Source: an uncultured Octadecabacter sp. (GTDB lineage: Bacteria; Pseudomonadota; Alphaproteobacteria; Rhodobacterales; Rhodobacteraceae). From it: 64,000 nt of DNA. The notes under the pieces were generated by a model. It had not been told where the DNA came from and ran no database searches. It was given only the letters and a program-made list of their open reading frames with translations. The stretch covers positions 5,191-69,190 of the forward strand of contig CAYOSK010000001.1 of NCBI GenBank assembly GCA_964406585.1. The letters run 5' to 3'. Shown here in pieces: positions 40,574 to 51,309 of this stretch. Each line of letters opens with the position of its first letter. Position 1 is the first letter of the stretch. The translations under genes were made by a program, and so were the position numbers.

Positions 40574-41575
40574 TCAAACCGGCAACTCTAGGACCACCGG
40601 GAAATGATCTGACGCCGTCAAAAGGGCATTGCGCATGGTCTGGTCTTCGAAACAGGCAGCGTGATCAAACGGGTGCAGAATCGTCCATTCGCCCCCAAGG
40701 TGGTGCAATGATTGGGACACCATGATGTAATCCAAAAGGACGGACAAATATCGCCCCTTGCCGCGCTGTTTAAACCGCGACGTGACCGGCGTTGCAGCAA
40801 TTGGTTGGGACAATGCCATTCGTGCATGTGGGTCAAACAAAGGTTCGTCAGCCCCTTCGCCCAGCACAATTTCGACTCCGGACTTCCCGAACAGTTTTTC
40901 GTATTCGTCCAGGCCAGGACCATCGTTGAAATCCCCCATGACAATAACGTTTTCTTGCGCCGCCAAATGTGCATCGACACGTTTGCGCAACCAAATACAC
41001 TGCGCCAGCTGCTTACGGCGGTTGGCAATTGAAATACGCAACACTTCAGCGTCATTGCGCGCGCCGTGTGGCGCCTTTGATTTGGCATGCACACCAATCA
41101 ACCGAAACTGCGTTCCAGATTTATGAGTGACCGCCAATTCCAACGGTGGCTTGGACCAGCGCACGGCATCCGGCTGCGCATCAACGTCCAAATCAATCTG
41201 AATCGTTTCGGCAAAATTCGGCGCGCCATCGCTGCGCGGGTCATGGGCAACGGTCAGAACGTCTGGGTCATACAAAAACATGATTTCTTGTTGGGTGTCG
41301 TTCGCATATCCGATCACTGCGGACCGCGCCCTTAGGCCAAACCGCTTGGCGAAATTTTCAAGCGCGATCACACCATCACGGCGTGCGTGGCTGTCGGGCG
41401 CTTCGATCACCATGATCCCGTCAGCATCTAATTTTTGAAACACGATCCCAAGGGCCGCGATCTGCTGTGCGCGGGTAACATCCCAGCGCCCGGACCAGCC
41501 ATCATCATCACGCAGCGCCCCTTCGTCATCAAACAGATGTGCGAACCATTCCACATTATAGGTCGCGATTTTCAC
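40574..41575 (-). CDS. Endonuclease/exonuclease/phosphatase family protein
   Basis: ATYNVE, H.KS, MGDFND, LDYI and SDHFPV motifs. Confidence 0.88.
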   Translation of the reverse strand: MKIATYNVEWFAHLFDDEGALRDDDGWSGRWDVTRAQQIAALGIVFQKLDADGIMVIEAPDSHARRDGVIALENFAKRFGLRARSAVIGYANDTQQEIMFLYDPDVLTVAHDPRSDGAPNFAETIQIDLDVDAQPDAVRWSKPPLELAVTHKSGTQFRLIGVHAKSKAPHGARNDAEVLRISIANRRKQLAQCIWLRKRVDAHLAAQENVIVMGDFNDGPGLDEYEKLFGKSGVEIVLGEGADEPLFDPHARMALSQPIAATPVTSRFKQRGKGRYLSVLLDYIMVSQSLHHLGGEWTILHPFDHAACFEDQTMRNALLTASDHFPVVLELPV

Positions 41576-42258
41576 ACTGCACCACGCGCATTGATTTCAT
41601 CCCAAGCGCGGTTGATCGCAATCATACGCTTTTCGGCCAACTTTACGGCTTCTGGTGGGACACCGCGTGCAATCATCTGGTCAGGATGAGTATCACGAAC
41701 CAACTGCCGCCACGCTTTGCGAATTTCGCGACTGGATGCAGATGGCGATACGCCCAATACATCGTAAGGATCGCGGTCCGCATCTGGGACAAATTGCGCG
41801 CGAAGGCGTTTGAATTGTGCGTCGCTCAGCCCGAAAATATCGCTGACACGGGTTAAAAACGCATCTTCGTTCGGGTGATAATGGCCATCTGCCAACGCAA
41901 TATGAAACAAACCTTCCATCAAATCACACAGCGGCGGCGCAGCGTCATCAGCATACATCACCTTGATTTTATGAGCATAATCCTCGTATCCGGCGACATC
42001 AGTCCGTGCGAGGTTAAACAAGCGACCGGCGTTCTTTTCTTCCCCCGGCGGGATGGTGAACACTTCGCGGAATGCGGCGACCTCATCGCGGGTGACTTGC
42101 CCATCCGCCTTGGCCATCTTGGCGCCCAACGCAATCACCGCGATCGCGAAAGCCACGGATTTTTCAGGCGCGGTGCGCAGCTTGGAAAAAACGTCCGACA
42201 GGCTGTCGCCCGCGGCAAGGGATGACAAAGCATCAGATATTCGGGTCCAAATCGACAT
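41572..42258 (-). CDS. djlA: TerB + J-domain co-chaperone DjlA
   Basis: AKMAKADG TerB-like region and DPYDVLG..HPD J-domain. Confidence 0.87.
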   Translation of the reverse strand: MSIWTRISDALSSLAAGDSLSDVFSKLRTAPEKSVAFAIAVIALGAKMAKADGQVTRDEVAAFREVFTIPPGEEKNAGRLFNLARTDVAGYEDYAHKIKVMYADDAAPPLCDLMEGLFHIALADGHYHPNEDAFLTRVSDIFGLSDAQFKRLRAQFVPDADRDPYDVLGVSPSASSREIRKAWRQLVRDTHPDQMIARGVPPEAVKLAEKRMIAINRAWDEINARGAV

Positions 42259-42289
42259 GTCCAAACCTTACCCAAATCGATCCAAGATG

Positions 42290-42766
42290 TCAGAGCCGTT
42301 TTTGCATTAAAACCAGATCCATCCAGCGCCCAAACTTTCGGCCCGCTTGTGGTAAAACGCCAACCTGCTTGAACCCAAGGCGAAGATGGAACGCAAGCCC
42401 AGCTGCGTTTTCCCCGCTTAGGCCCGCAACGAACGAATGCACGCCGCCCGCACGGCCATGGGATATCGCAGCTTGCATCAATGCCCGGCCGATACCTTTC
42501 CGCTGCGCTGAGGGTGCCAGAATGATGGTGTGTTCCATCGTGTGCGCATAGCCAACGCCGCCGCGAAATTGATCATACGTTACAAAGCCAACCACCTTAC
42601 CTGCGGCTTCGCACACGGAAAAGAACGGACGCTGCGCGATCATGTCCGCCACATCGTTCGCTGATTTGGCCACAGAATTGAATGTTACTGCGGTTTGCAG
42701 AATTTGCGGCGCCCAGATCGATGAAATCGCATCGGCGTCTGATACTGTCGCCGCGCGAATGGTCAT
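42290..42766 (-). CDS. GNAT N-acetyltransferase (phosphinothricin acetyltransferase-like)
   Basis: QRKGIG, FH.RLGF and GRKFGRWMD motifs. Confidence 0.85.
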   Translation of the reverse strand: MTIRAATVSDADAISSIWAPQILQTAVTFNSVAKSANDVADMIAQRPFFSVCEAAGKVVGFVTYDQFRGGVGYAHTMEHTIILAPSAQRKGIGRALMQAAISHGRAGGVHSFVAGLSGENAAGLAFHLRLGFKQVGVLPQAGRKFGRWMDLVLMQKRL

Positions 42767-43359
42767 ATAACCACAACACCACGCGGCGTTTCGAACTGTG
42801 CGCTTAGCGCGATGTCACCATGCGGTTCAAACCGCACGCGGTCGTCATTCAGCACTTGCCCTATCTCTGCTTCGATCCGGGCGGCATCGGGATGGCGGAC
42901 GGTCAGTTTCTGCAACGCAACGCCCGATGGCGCAAGGCTGCGACCGGGTGGATTTGGTGTGATCCAACGCAGCACCGTTGGAAACGCACCCCCCATCGGC
43001 AAACGCCCGTCTTCAGGCACGCCCATATCCCACCGCAGATCACCGCGCTGCATGGCAACAGCCCGCATGCCATGCACAAGGACAGATTCAAAATCGTCTG
43101 GTTCGCAAATCCAGTTCACCAAACGCGCAGGCCCAGAAAAGGCATCCAACCCGAACCAACACGCATCTTCACAGGCAGCGCCCGGGTCCTTTGCGATGAC
43201 CTCAAGGTAAAGACCGTCCTTAAGACCCAGCAACCGGTTATGCGTTCCGTAGCGCGGGTGTGTTCCGCCTGCACCAAAGGTTACGCCAAGCCGTGCTTGC
43301 GCCCACGCTATGCCCTCATCCAACGTCTCTGCCGCAATGGCCAGATGATCCAACCGCAT
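42763..43359 (-). CDS. VOC/glyoxalase-like protein
   Basis: LDHLAI, GGTHPRYGTHNRLL and YLEVIA motifs. Confidence 0.85.
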   Translation of the reverse strand: MRLDHLAIAAETLDEGIAWAQARLGVTFGAGGTHPRYGTHNRLLGLKDGLYLEVIAKDPGAACEDACWFGLDAFSGPARLVNWICEPDDFESVLVHGMRAVAMQRGDLRWDMGVPEDGRLPMGGAFPTVLRWITPNPPGRSLAPSGVALQKLTVRHPDAARIEAEIGQVLNDDRVRFEPHGDIALSAQFETPRGVVVI

Positions 43360-43367
43360 GATCGCCC

Positions 43368-43850
43368 CTAGTTGATCCAGATCCACACGGCCCAGAAGGC
43401 ACCGAATAGTGTTGGGTAAAAACTGGCCGCAAATCCAAAGGCCCGCAAGGGCGGCCAAATGTGATAGCCCGCCCAAAACAACACCCGCGCCACGGCCATG
43501 CCGCCGCCCAGTGCAATCAGCGACACGCCCCCAAGGCTAAATCCAACAAACGGCCAGATTAACAAGGCCAAAACCATTTGTTCCACAGTGTTGGTCAACA
43601 CAGCTTGATCAATCTGTGCCCGACTGTTTGGCGCAGGCGTCTGGCCGTCCAACAGTGCGTGATCAAAAAATCGCCGCGCGGCCAAAACCCCGATCATTAG
43701 CGCCATAACCCCGCCGGGCAGCAAAAAGGCAACGGGCACGGCCAATGCAGGCGGCACAAACGGCAGATCCAACTGTAACGGGATCAAAACCAATGCGACA
43801 GCCCACATCACCCCAAGCACCATAGCACAAAAGATCAGGACCCGTTTCAT
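43368..43850 (-). CDS. MAPEG-like membrane protein
   Basis: Four TMs, LTNTVEQ and ARVLFWAGY motifs. Confidence 0.7.
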   Translation of the reverse strand: MKRVLIFCAMVLGVMWAVALVLIPLQLDLPFVPPALAVPVAFLLPGGVMALMIGVLAARRFFDHALLDGQTPAPNSRAQIDQAVLTNTVEQMVLALLIWPFVGFSLGGVSLIALGGGMAVARVLFWAGYHIWPPLRAFGFAASFYPTLFGAFWAVWIWIN

Positions 43851-43859
43851 CAGATGCCC

Positions 43860-46001
43860 TTAGCGGCGCGCCTGACGGATCAGACGCAAAATATCGCGCG
43901 CCGCTTCGGGGATGTTTGTGCCGGGGCCAAAGATGGCCTTAACACCCGCATTCATCAGGAAATCATAGTCTTGCTGTGGGATAACCCCCCCGCAAATGAC
44001 CAAAATATCCTCAGCGTCAGCGGCCTTCAGCGCCTCAATCAATTTCGGAGCAAGAGTTTTGTGCCCAGCCGCCTGCGATGAAATTCCGATCACATGGACG
44101 TCGTTGTCAACGGCATCTTGCGCGGCTTCTTCGGGAGTTTGAAACAACGGGCCAACATCCACATCAAACCCAATATCAGCAAAGGCGGTCGCAATGACTT
44201 TGGCACCGCGATCGTGCCCGTCTTGGCCCATTTTCACAACCAACATGCGTGGACGACGGCCTTCGGCTTTGGCAAAATCTTCGACATCGGTTTGGATTGC
44301 CGCAAAACCTGCATCACCTTCATAGGCCGCGCCATAGACCCCCGCCAGTGTTTTCACCTCGGCCCGGTGGCGCCCGAACACTTTTTCCATTGCCATGCTA
44401 ATCTCTCCCACGGATGCACGCGCGCGCGCCGCTTCAACGGCCGCCCTCAGAAGATTGCCGCCTTCACCGGCACACCGTTCGATTTCGGCCAATGCGGCAT
44501 CGCAGGCGGCCTGATCGCGCGTGTCACGAATAGATTTTAACCGCGCAACCTGTGCTTCACGCACAGCGTCATTGTCGATATCCATGATGTCGATTGGGTC
44601 TTCTTTATCGAGGCGGTATTTGTTCACGCCAACAATGACCTCATCGCCGCGGTCGATCATGGCTTGGCGCTTGGCGGCGGATTCTTCGATCCGAAGCTTT
44701 GGCATGCCCGACGCGACAGCCTTGGTCATGCCACCCATTTCTTCGACTTCTTCAATGATCTTCCACGCCTCGTCCGCCAAATCCGCGGTAAGTTTTTCAA
44801 CATAATACGATCCTGCCAACGGATCGACCACATTGGTCACGCCTGTTTCTTCTTGCAAAATCAACTGCGTATTGCGCGCGATACGAGCCGCAAATTCGGT
44901 GGGCAGCGCAATCGCTTCATCTAGTGCGTTGGTGTGCAGGGATTGTGTCCCACCCAGAACCGCCGCCATCGCCTCATAGGCTGTGCGCACGACGTTGTTG
45001 TAAGGGTCTTGTTCCTGCAACGATACGCCAGACGTTTGGCAATGGGTACGCAACATGCTGGATTTTTCTGATTTGGGTTCAAATTCCGACATGATGCGCG
45101 ACCACAACAATCGCGCGGCGCGCAATTTTGCGGCCTCCATAAAGAAATTCATACCGATGGCAAAAAAGAACGACAAACGCGGCGCGAAAGCATCCACATC
45201 CATGCCACGTGCAATCGCCGTACGCACATATTCGCGACCATCCGCCAGCGTGAAGGCCAGTTCTTGCACCAAATTCGCGCCAGCCTCTTGCATGTGATAG
45301 CCAGAGATCGAAATTGAGTTGAATTTCGGCATATCCTGCGCGGTATATTCAATGATGTCCGCAACAATGCGCATCGACGGTTCAGGCGGATAAACGTAGG
45401 TGTTTCGCACCATAAACTCTTTGAGAATATCGTTCTGGATCGTGCCGGACAGGACCTTGCGATCATGCCCCTGTTCTTCGCCCGCAACGATAAAATTCGC
45501 CAAAATCGGTATAACGGCGCCGTTCATTGTCATCGACACACTGACCTTATCCAACGGAATGCCGTCAAACAGGATTTTCATGTCTTCGACGCTGTCAATT
45601 GCAACGCCGGCCTTACCAACATCGCCCATAACCCGCTCGTGATCGCTGTCATAGCCGCGGTGGGTTGCCAAATCAAAGGCAACAGAAACCCCCTGTTGCC
45701 CAGCCGCAAGCGCCTTGCGATAAAACGCATTGGATTCTTCCGCCGTCGAAAAACCGGCGTACTGTCGGATCGTCCATGGTCGACCCGCATACATCGTGGA
45801 TTTTACGCCACGCGTGTAGGGCGCTTCGCCGGGCAAGTCTTTGAGGTGATCCAACCCTTCAAGATCATCCGCGCCGTAAACAGGCTGTACGTTGATCCCT
45901 TCAATTGTATTCCATGTCAGATCGGCAAGCGGTCTGCCACGCAGTTCAGCTTGCGCCCGTTCGGCCCATGCCTCTTTTGATCCGGCTGTCTTTGATGCCA
46001 T
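43860..46001 (-). CDS. scpA: Methylmalonyl-CoA mutase
   Basis: [15 protein letters not shown] and [10 protein letters not shown] (B12-binding) motifs. Start ATG 46001 after GGAGG. Confidence 0.96.
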   Translation of the reverse strand: MASKTAGSKEAWAERAQAELRGRPLADLTWNTIEGINVQPVYGADDLEGLDHLKDLPGEAPYTRGVKSTMYAGRPWTIRQYAGFSTAEESNAFYRKALAAGQQGVSVAFDLATHRGYDSDHERVMGDVGKAGVAIDSVEDMKILFDGIPLDKVSVSMTMNGAVIPILANFIVAGEEQGHDRKVLSGTIQNDILKEFMVRNTYVYPPEPSMRIVADIIEYTAQDMPKFNSISISGYHMQEAGANLVQELAFTLADGREYVRTAIARGMDVDAFAPRLSFFFAIGMNFFMEAAKLRAARLLWSRIMSEFEPKSEKSSMLRTHCQTSGVSLQEQDPYNNVVRTAYEAMAAVLGGTQSLHTNALDEAIALPTEFAARIARNTQLILQEETGVTNVVDPLAGSYYVEKLTADLADEAWKIIEEVEEMGGMTKAVASGMPKLRIEESAAKRQAMIDRGDEVIVGVNKYRLDKEDPIDIMDIDNDAVREAQVARLKSIRDTRDQAACDAALAEIERCAGEGGNLLRAAVEAARARASVGEISMAMEKVFGRHRAEVKTLAGVYGAAYEGDAGFAAIQTDVEDFAKAEGRRPRMLVVKMGQDGHDRGAKVIATAFADIGFDVDVGPLFQTPEEAAQDAVDNDVHVIGISSQAAGHKTLAPKLIEALKAADAEDILVICGGVIPQQDYDFLMNAGVKAIFGPGTNIPEAARDILRLIRQARR

Positions 46002-47007
46002 CGTGTCGTCCTCCGAAAAGCACCGCGTCAGTCGCCGCAGTGCAGGTGATTTCGCCCCTGTCAGGGCTAATATTTGCACCAATCGCGGGCGTTGTCCGCC
46101 CGTCAGGTGCTGTGATCTTGGATTGTTCGTCGTGCTTCTGTTCCGGAAGACCGCTGATAAACTGCGCGAAACCATCCGCGCCGCGCATCAACCAGTCGAG
46201 ATCCGCACTGTATTCAGCACGCAGCATGGCACGTTGGTTTTCATCAAACGGCATCCATCGGGCGCCGGTTTGGATCGGTCCCTCTTTCATGAGGGGCTGG
46301 CCCCGAAGCGCCAGAATTTTGTTCAGTTGCACAAGATCAGGGCTGCGATTGCGCCACAGCGCGGGATCATTGCTCAACGAATGATCCCGCCCCCAAAGCG
46401 CACTCAATTGTGCAGCGGGGTTGGCACCAAGTCGTTCAAACGGCCAGACGACAACTTGAGCCTGAGGGAAGGCGTTTGCAATATCGCGAATGACATGCCG
46501 CCAGCGACGCGGCTGGGTGGTTAAGAAATCCAGCAAATCCACATTTGGGGCTGTTCCGCCGCGTGACAGCAAATAGGATAAACTTGACGTCCAATAGTCC
46601 TCATAGGTGCGAATACAAAACCCAATCCGCATTGGGCGCCCTTCAAAAGCTGGTTTGAACCGTACGAGGCGATCCCGAAGAAGAGGATATAGCCGTGTAT
46701 CCAGCATATTGTTGCGTGTGGACCCAAGAATGTTCTCATCGCTGATCAATAGGCCGCGCTGATGATCACGTGCGAGGCGCTCAACCTCAAGACGGATGCG
46801 TCCGATCGAACGTTTTGCATCGCGCTCATCCTGCCGTGTGACCAAAGCGGGGTGGCGTACAAGGCCCAACATCAATCCATCCCGCGTGCGCCGAGGCGTC
46901 CATGCTGTCAAACCTTGTCGAGACAGGCCAACACGATTGTTCCAAAGAAATTTCTGAAACGTGGTGGTCGCGCAGCGATGCGCGCCCAAATGCAGCATAA
47001 TATCCAA
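45946..47007 (-). CDS. Hypothetical protein with sulfotransferase-like P-loop
   Basis: AGAGGGG RBS, TTG start, [14 protein letters not shown] and ISDENILG. The longer track ORF is an antisense extension. Confidence 0.65.
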   Translation of the reverse strand: MDIMLHLGAHRCATTTFQKFLWNNRVGLSRQGLTAWTPRRTRDGLMLGLVRHPALVTRQDERDAKRSIGRIRLEVERLARDHQRGLLISDENILGSTRNNMLDTRLYPLLRDRLVRFKPAFEGRPMRIGFCIRTYEDYWTSSLSYLLSRGGTAPNVDLLDFLTTQPRRWRHVIRDIANAFPQAQVVVWPFERLGANPAAQLSALWGRDHSLSNDPALWRNRSPDLVQLNKILALRGQPLMKEGPIQTGARWMPFDENQRAMLRAEYSADLDWLMRGADGFAQFISGLPEQKHDEQSKITAPDGRTTPAIGANISPDRGEITCTAATDAVLFGGRHDGIKDSRIKRGMGRTGAS

Positions 47008-47185
47008 TTGCCAAGCCCCTCTGTGATCAAAGGCGCGCGTCATACCGATCTTGGGCGCACCGATATCAGCTGGATGACCCATGTTCCTGACAATATGGTT
47101 AAATCGAAAATTGTTACGGCCTTTGGAACTCAGCCCCTTAGCCTTTCGCCGCTTCGTCCCTATATTAACGTCAAAGGGGAATAGA

Positions 47186-47653
47186 ATGATCCGATTATTT
47201 GCTGTGTTTGCTTGGTGCTTTGCGTCAACCACTGCATTCGCCGAAAACGCAGACGAACCCAGCGTTGCGCAGGCGTGGGAAGAAGACAGATCAGTTGTAT
47301 TTGATGCGACTTCTTTGGATATCGACGACCTGATTTGGGTCGCCCGGCCCGTTGTCGTCTTTGCTGACAGTCCAAATGATCCACGTTTTCGCCAGCAAAT
47401 TGATCTATTGGCTAACCTTCCAGATGATCTGGCTGAACGCGACGTGATCATCGTGACCGACACGGACCCTTCGGCCCAAAGCGACCTGAGGACGCGGTTG
47501 CGGCCCCGCGGGTTCATGATGGTGTTAATCGGCAAAGACGGGCAAATCGAACTACGCAAACCGCAACCATGGGACGTGCGCGAAATCAGTCGATCCATTG
47601 ATAAAATGCCACTACGCCAGCAAGAAATCGAAGACCGCAGAGGATCGCAATAA
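47186..47653 (+). CDS. DUF4174 domain exported protein
   Basis: Signal peptide, RPVVVFADS, LIGKDG and IDKMPLRQQE motifs. Confidence 0.8.
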   Translation: MIRLFAVFAWCFASTTAFAENADEPSVAQAWEEDRSVVFDATSLDIDDLIWVARPVVVFADSPNDPRFRQQIDLLANLPDDLAERDVIIVTDTDPSAQSDLRTRLRPRGFMMVLIGKDGQIELRKPQPWDVREISRSIDKMPLRQQEIEDRRGSQ

Positions 47654-47768
47654 CCGTTCATGCAGCAAACTCGCCAGCCCGAACACTAATCTGGGGCAGA
47701 TCGAACGCCGCAACAAACGCCGTTACCGTGCCGTGAGCACCGATGATATGAAGCCCCCGTCCCAAGGG

Positions 47769-49811
47769 TTATTCGAATTCCATGATAACATCATCCACAG
47801 CAAGACTGTCGCCAGCCACTGCGTTGATCTTGGTCACTTTTGATTTCTTTTCGGCCCGCAGAATGTTCTCCATTTTCATGGCTTCAACCGTACAAAGTGC
47901 TTGTCCTTCCTGAACTTCGTCCCCCACAGCCACATCCACTTTCACGATCAGGCCGGGCATCGGACACAGCAACATCTTGGATGTGTCAGGTGGCAATTTT
48001 TCGGGCATCAGGCGGGCCAATTCTGCCTGACGCGGACTGCGCACATGTACCTTGGTATCCGCACCACGGTATCGCACACGGAACCCACCGGACACCTTGT
48101 TGATTTTCATCACCAGCGGCGTACCATCCACGACCATCCGCGCAAGCGGTTGGCCCGGTGTCCAATTGCCTTCAACACGATGGGTTACACCGTTTACGGT
48201 CACATTCGCGCCGGATTTTTCCGCTTCGATGATGGTGTCATAATCGCTGCCTTGAACGGACACGACCCAATGTGCGCCAACCTTGCGTTCATGATTGCCC
48301 ATGCGTCCGGTCACACGCGTGCGCCGAATTTCAGCAACGCGGTGCATGGCAGCACAGGCCGCACCCACACGTGTGGCATCAACGTCAGCGATGGCGACCC
48401 CATCAAAACCTTCTGGGTATTCTTCTTCGATGAACGCCGTGGTCATGTTCCCGGACGTGAATTTCTCATGATCATACACAGCGCTTAAGAACGGGATGTT
48501 ATGGCCAATCCCTTCAACTTCGAAGCTATCAAGTGCCACGCGCATCTCTTCGATCGCATCCGCGCGGGTCGGGGCCCAAGTGCACAGTTTGGCAATCATC
48601 GGATCGTAGTACATGCTGATTTCGCCACCGTCATAAACACCCGTGTCATTGCGAACCGCATGGGTGCCTTTGGGCGCGTCCCCTTGCCATTTGCCATTAT
48701 CGAGCATTGGGCCTGCCGCAATCTCGGCCGGAGGGCGATACGTTGTGAGACGACCAATTGACGGTAAGAATCCGCGATACGGGTCTTCTGCGTACAATCG
48801 GCTTTCCATCGCCCACCCTGTCAGCGTGACGTCGCCCTGTGCCATCGCCAATTTTTCGCCGTAGGCCACGCGGATCATCTGTTCGACTAAATCGACTCCT
48901 GTGATCAATTCCGTCACAGGATGTTCGACCTGCAGTCGGGTGTTCATTTCGAGAAAGTAGAAATTGCGATCCCCATCTACGATGAATTCCACCGTACCTG
49001 CCGACGCGTAGTCCACTGCTTTGGCCAGGGCCACTGATTGTTCGCCCATCGCCTTGCGGGTTGCTTCGTCCAAGAAGGGGCTCGGCGCTTCTTCGATAAC
49101 TTTCTGCTGGCGGCGCTGGATCGAACATTCTCGTTCGCCCAGATAGATACCGTTACCATGTTTGTCGCACAGAACTTGAATTTCGATATGGCGAGGTTGG
49201 GTCACGAATTTTTCGATGAAAATGCGGTCGTCGCCGAACGAATTTGCCGCCTCGTTCTTAGAGGATTGAAACCCTTCGCGCGCGCCATCATCGTCCCATG
49301 CGATGCGCATGCCTTTGCCACCACCCCCGGCAGAGGCTTTGATCATAACCGGATAGCCGATTTCTTGACTGATTTTCACCGCCTCTTCGGCGTCTTCAAT
49401 CAGGCCCATGTGCCCCGGCACCGTTGAAACCTTGGCCTCTTGGGCGATCTTTTTGGACGTGATTTTGTCGCCCATTTTTTCAATCGCGCCCTTTGGGGGC
49501 CCAATAAATGCAACACCCGCCGCCTCAAGCGCTTCTGCAAACTTGGCGTTTTCAGACAGGAAACCATAACCTGGATGCACGGCTTCTGCACCAGTTGCTT
49601 TGATCGCTTCCATGATCTTGTCGATCACAATGTAGGATTGGTTCGCCGGGGGGGGGCCGATGTGGTAGGCTTCGTCTGCCATGGACACGTGCAAGGCATT
49701 GCGATCCGCATCGGAGTAGACCGCGACAGTCTTGATCCCCATTGTACGGGCCGTTTTGATAACACGGCAGGCGATTTCGCCCCGATTGGCGATCAGGATT
49801 TTCTTAAACAT
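47769..49811 (-). CDS. pccA: Propionyl-CoA carboxylase alpha subunit
   Basis: IANRGEIA, GGGGKGMR, EMNTRLQVEH and biotinyl EAMKM motifs. Located between mcm and pccB. Confidence 0.94.
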   Translation of the reverse strand: MFKKILIANRGEIACRVIKTARTMGIKTVAVYSDADRNALHVSMADEAYHIGPPPANQSYIVIDKIMEAIKATGAEAVHPGYGFLSENAKFAEALEAAGVAFIGPPKGAIEKMGDKITSKKIAQEAKVSTVPGHMGLIEDAEEAVKISQEIGYPVMIKASAGGGGKGMRIAWDDDGAREGFQSSKNEAANSFGDDRIFIEKFVTQPRHIEIQVLCDKHGNGIYLGERECSIQRRQQKVIEEAPSPFLDEATRKAMGEQSVALAKAVDYASAGTVEFIVDGDRNFYFLEMNTRLQVEHPVTELITGVDLVEQMIRVAYGEKLAMAQGDVTLTGWAMESRLYAEDPYRGFLPSIGRLTTYRPPAEIAAGPMLDNGKWQGDAPKGTHAVRNDTGVYDGGEISMYYDPMIAKLCTWAPTRADAIEEMRVALDSFEVEGIGHNIPFLSAVYDHEKFTSGNMTTAFIEEEYPEGFDGVAIADVDATRVGAACAAMHRVAEIRRTRVTGRMGNHERKVGAHWVVSVQGSDYDTIIEAEKSGANVTVNGVTHRVEGNWTPGQPLARMVVDGTPLVMKINKVSGGFRVRYRGADTKVHVRSPRQAELARLMPEKLPPDTSKMLLCPMPGLIVKVDVAVGDEVQEGQALCTVEAMKMENILRAEKKSKVTKINAVAGDSLAVDDVIMEFE

Positions 49812-49853
49812 TTTGGGCCCCCAAGGACTTAGGTCGATATTCAGAGTTCAAAC

Positions 49854-49890
49854 AAAAAACCGCCGCACAGGGGCGTCCTGTACGGCGGTT
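49854..49890 (-). terminator. Rho-independent terminator upstream of pccA
   Basis: Minus strand reads AACCGCCGTACAGG-ACGCC-CCTGTGCGGCGGTTTTTT. Confidence 0.7.
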
Positions 49891-49924
49891 CAAATGATGT
49901 TGCGCCCCGCTAAGGGCGTTTGTC

Positions 49925-50128
49925 TTAGCGACAGATGCGCGTAATTTCGTCGCAAAGCGCACCGGCTGCGCCACCAACGATGGCACCCGTGACGGCATCA
50001 CCGCCTGTGCTGTCAGCGATGATTGCACCCGCTGCGGCGCCCGCAAGCCCGCGTTCAAGATCGTTGTCCAGACATGCGCTAAGAGACCCGATGGCCGCAA
50101 CAGCGAGGATAAGACGGAAAGATTGCAT
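49925..50128 (-). CDS. Small glycine-zipper lipoprotein
   Basis: LSAC lipobox and GAAAGAII..GAIVGGAAGALC. Confidence 0.8.
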   Translation of the reverse strand: MQSFRLILAVAAIGSLSACLDNDLERGLAGAAAGAIIADSTGGDAVTGAIVGGAAGALCDEITRICR

Positions 50129-50244
50129 AGGTAACTGCCCTTTTTTTGCTTTGTTTTATAGGGCGCAGAATCTGCTCTTTGCCATTCAAATACAAGCGAT
50201 TTTTGCGCAGCCCGTGACGATCGGCACAAATCCCCAACATTCGC

Positions 50245-50312
50245 GTTAGGTAGGGATGTCGGCCTGACCCGCAAGGGGCCAGACCGACGAGGGGAAGGGT
50301 AACGGTATTGAC
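50245..50312 (-). ncRNA. Candidate small RNA / structured leader
   Basis: CCUUCCCCUC followed by a 13-bp hairpin with G-U pairs on the minus strand. No ORF support. Confidence 0.3.
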
Positions 50313-50489
50313 AATATGTGGCAGGCCAATTGCTGGATGACCCAGCCACACCCGAACCGTGACACGCCGCCAGCAAGCTGTCATCAACGAATTTCATCCG
50401 TCCTTTAACATGGGCTATTTCCCGCCAAGGCTGGAGATTACTCGGCCAAAACCCGCCCAAATCGTTTGATTTCGCAGCAATTTTTTCCA

Positions 50490-50873
50490 TCAGTTTTGCC
50501 CCGGCGCCCAATCAGGGCGGAACACTTCGGGAAAGGATTGTTCGGCGCGACGCAAATCAACACGCAGCATAGCTTCGTAGTGTTGCGGATCGAACGGATC
50601 TTCGGCAGCGACCACTTCGCGGTCAAACAGCCAGCACAATCTCCCGGCGTCCAAATTCCCGCGTTCAAAAGGTTGATCGCCAAAGTGTTCCTTTAGAGCC
50701 CACATAAACCCTTCGTCCGCACGGCGATCCGGCGGACGGCGATCCGCAAACCGTTCACGGCGAAAAAGCTTGGGCGGCAGGCCCTTCTTTACAGGTTGGC
50801 GAATGGTAAACTGATAATCGGTACTTGGCAGACGACTAGGAAAGCCACGGTGCTTGGGCATATATAACATCAC
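50490..50873 (-). CDS. Hypothetical protein
   Basis: GGGGG RBS and protein-like sequence (FERGNLDAGRL, DPFDP). Same strand as the pcc genes. Confidence 0.65.
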   Translation of the reverse strand: MMLYMPKHRGFPSRLPSTDYQFTIRQPVKKGLPPKLFRRERFADRRPPDRRADEGFMWALKEHFGDQPFERGNLDAGRLCWLFDREVVAAEDPFDPQHYEAMLRVDLRRAEQSFPEVFRPDWAPGQN

Positions 50874-50936
50874 GCAGCCCCCCGATGTTGGGTGCGTGGG
50901 AACGGGACAGGCGCAAACGCCTGCCCCGGTATTGTC

Positions 50937-51092
50937 TTAGTTGTACTTGCCGGTGAAGGTCGGCTCGATGGTGACTGGAACCGGATCAACGACCACGAAT
51001 TCTTCAACGTCACCTGCATTGTTCGACCCACCACATGCTGCCACGAGGGCAAGCAGGGATACGGCGAACAGGCTCTTGATGCTCTTTGACAT
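50937..51092 (-). CDS. Small lipoprotein (51 aa, absent from ORF track)
   Basis: AGGAGA RBS; MSKSIKSLFAVSLLALVAAC-GGSNNAGDVEEFVVVDPVPVTIEPTFTGKYN*. Confidence 0.8.
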   Translation of the reverse strand: MSKSIKSLFAVSLLALVAACGGSNNAGDVEEFVVVDPVPVTIEPTFTGKYN

Positions 51093-51309
51093 AACTGTCT
51101 CCTGTCTCTGTTTTCCACGCGAGGAAATCCAGCATCATGCCGGCCCCCTCGCGCATTTTGAGGGTAGGTCACTTGGGTGTAACCTTGTGGAAAACTACAA
51201 GAATCCCTGTGCAAAAGATACGAAGCGGATTTCACAGACCAACCCTGTGACTCCCCTGCATCAATTGACCATCGGGATGAGCTTCGAGCCGCAACATATT
51301 GTGGATTCA

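Noticed and set aside
47008-47661. N-terminal extension of the 571-aa minus-strand ORF
   Set aside because: It is antisense to the DUF4174 gene. A good RBS and TTG at 47007 mark the plausible start.
49804-50511. 235-aa minus-strand ORF and overlapping 50438-50683 and 50941-51663 ORFs
   Set aside because: They overlap better-supported small genes and hairpins and show no protein-like motifs.
50308-51304. Shared ACATATTGT 9-mer upstream of both small lipoproteins (NrdR-box-like at about 51289-51304)
   Set aside because: There are only two copies, in opposite orientation, and no nrd gene nearby. This is not distinguishable from chance without comparative data.
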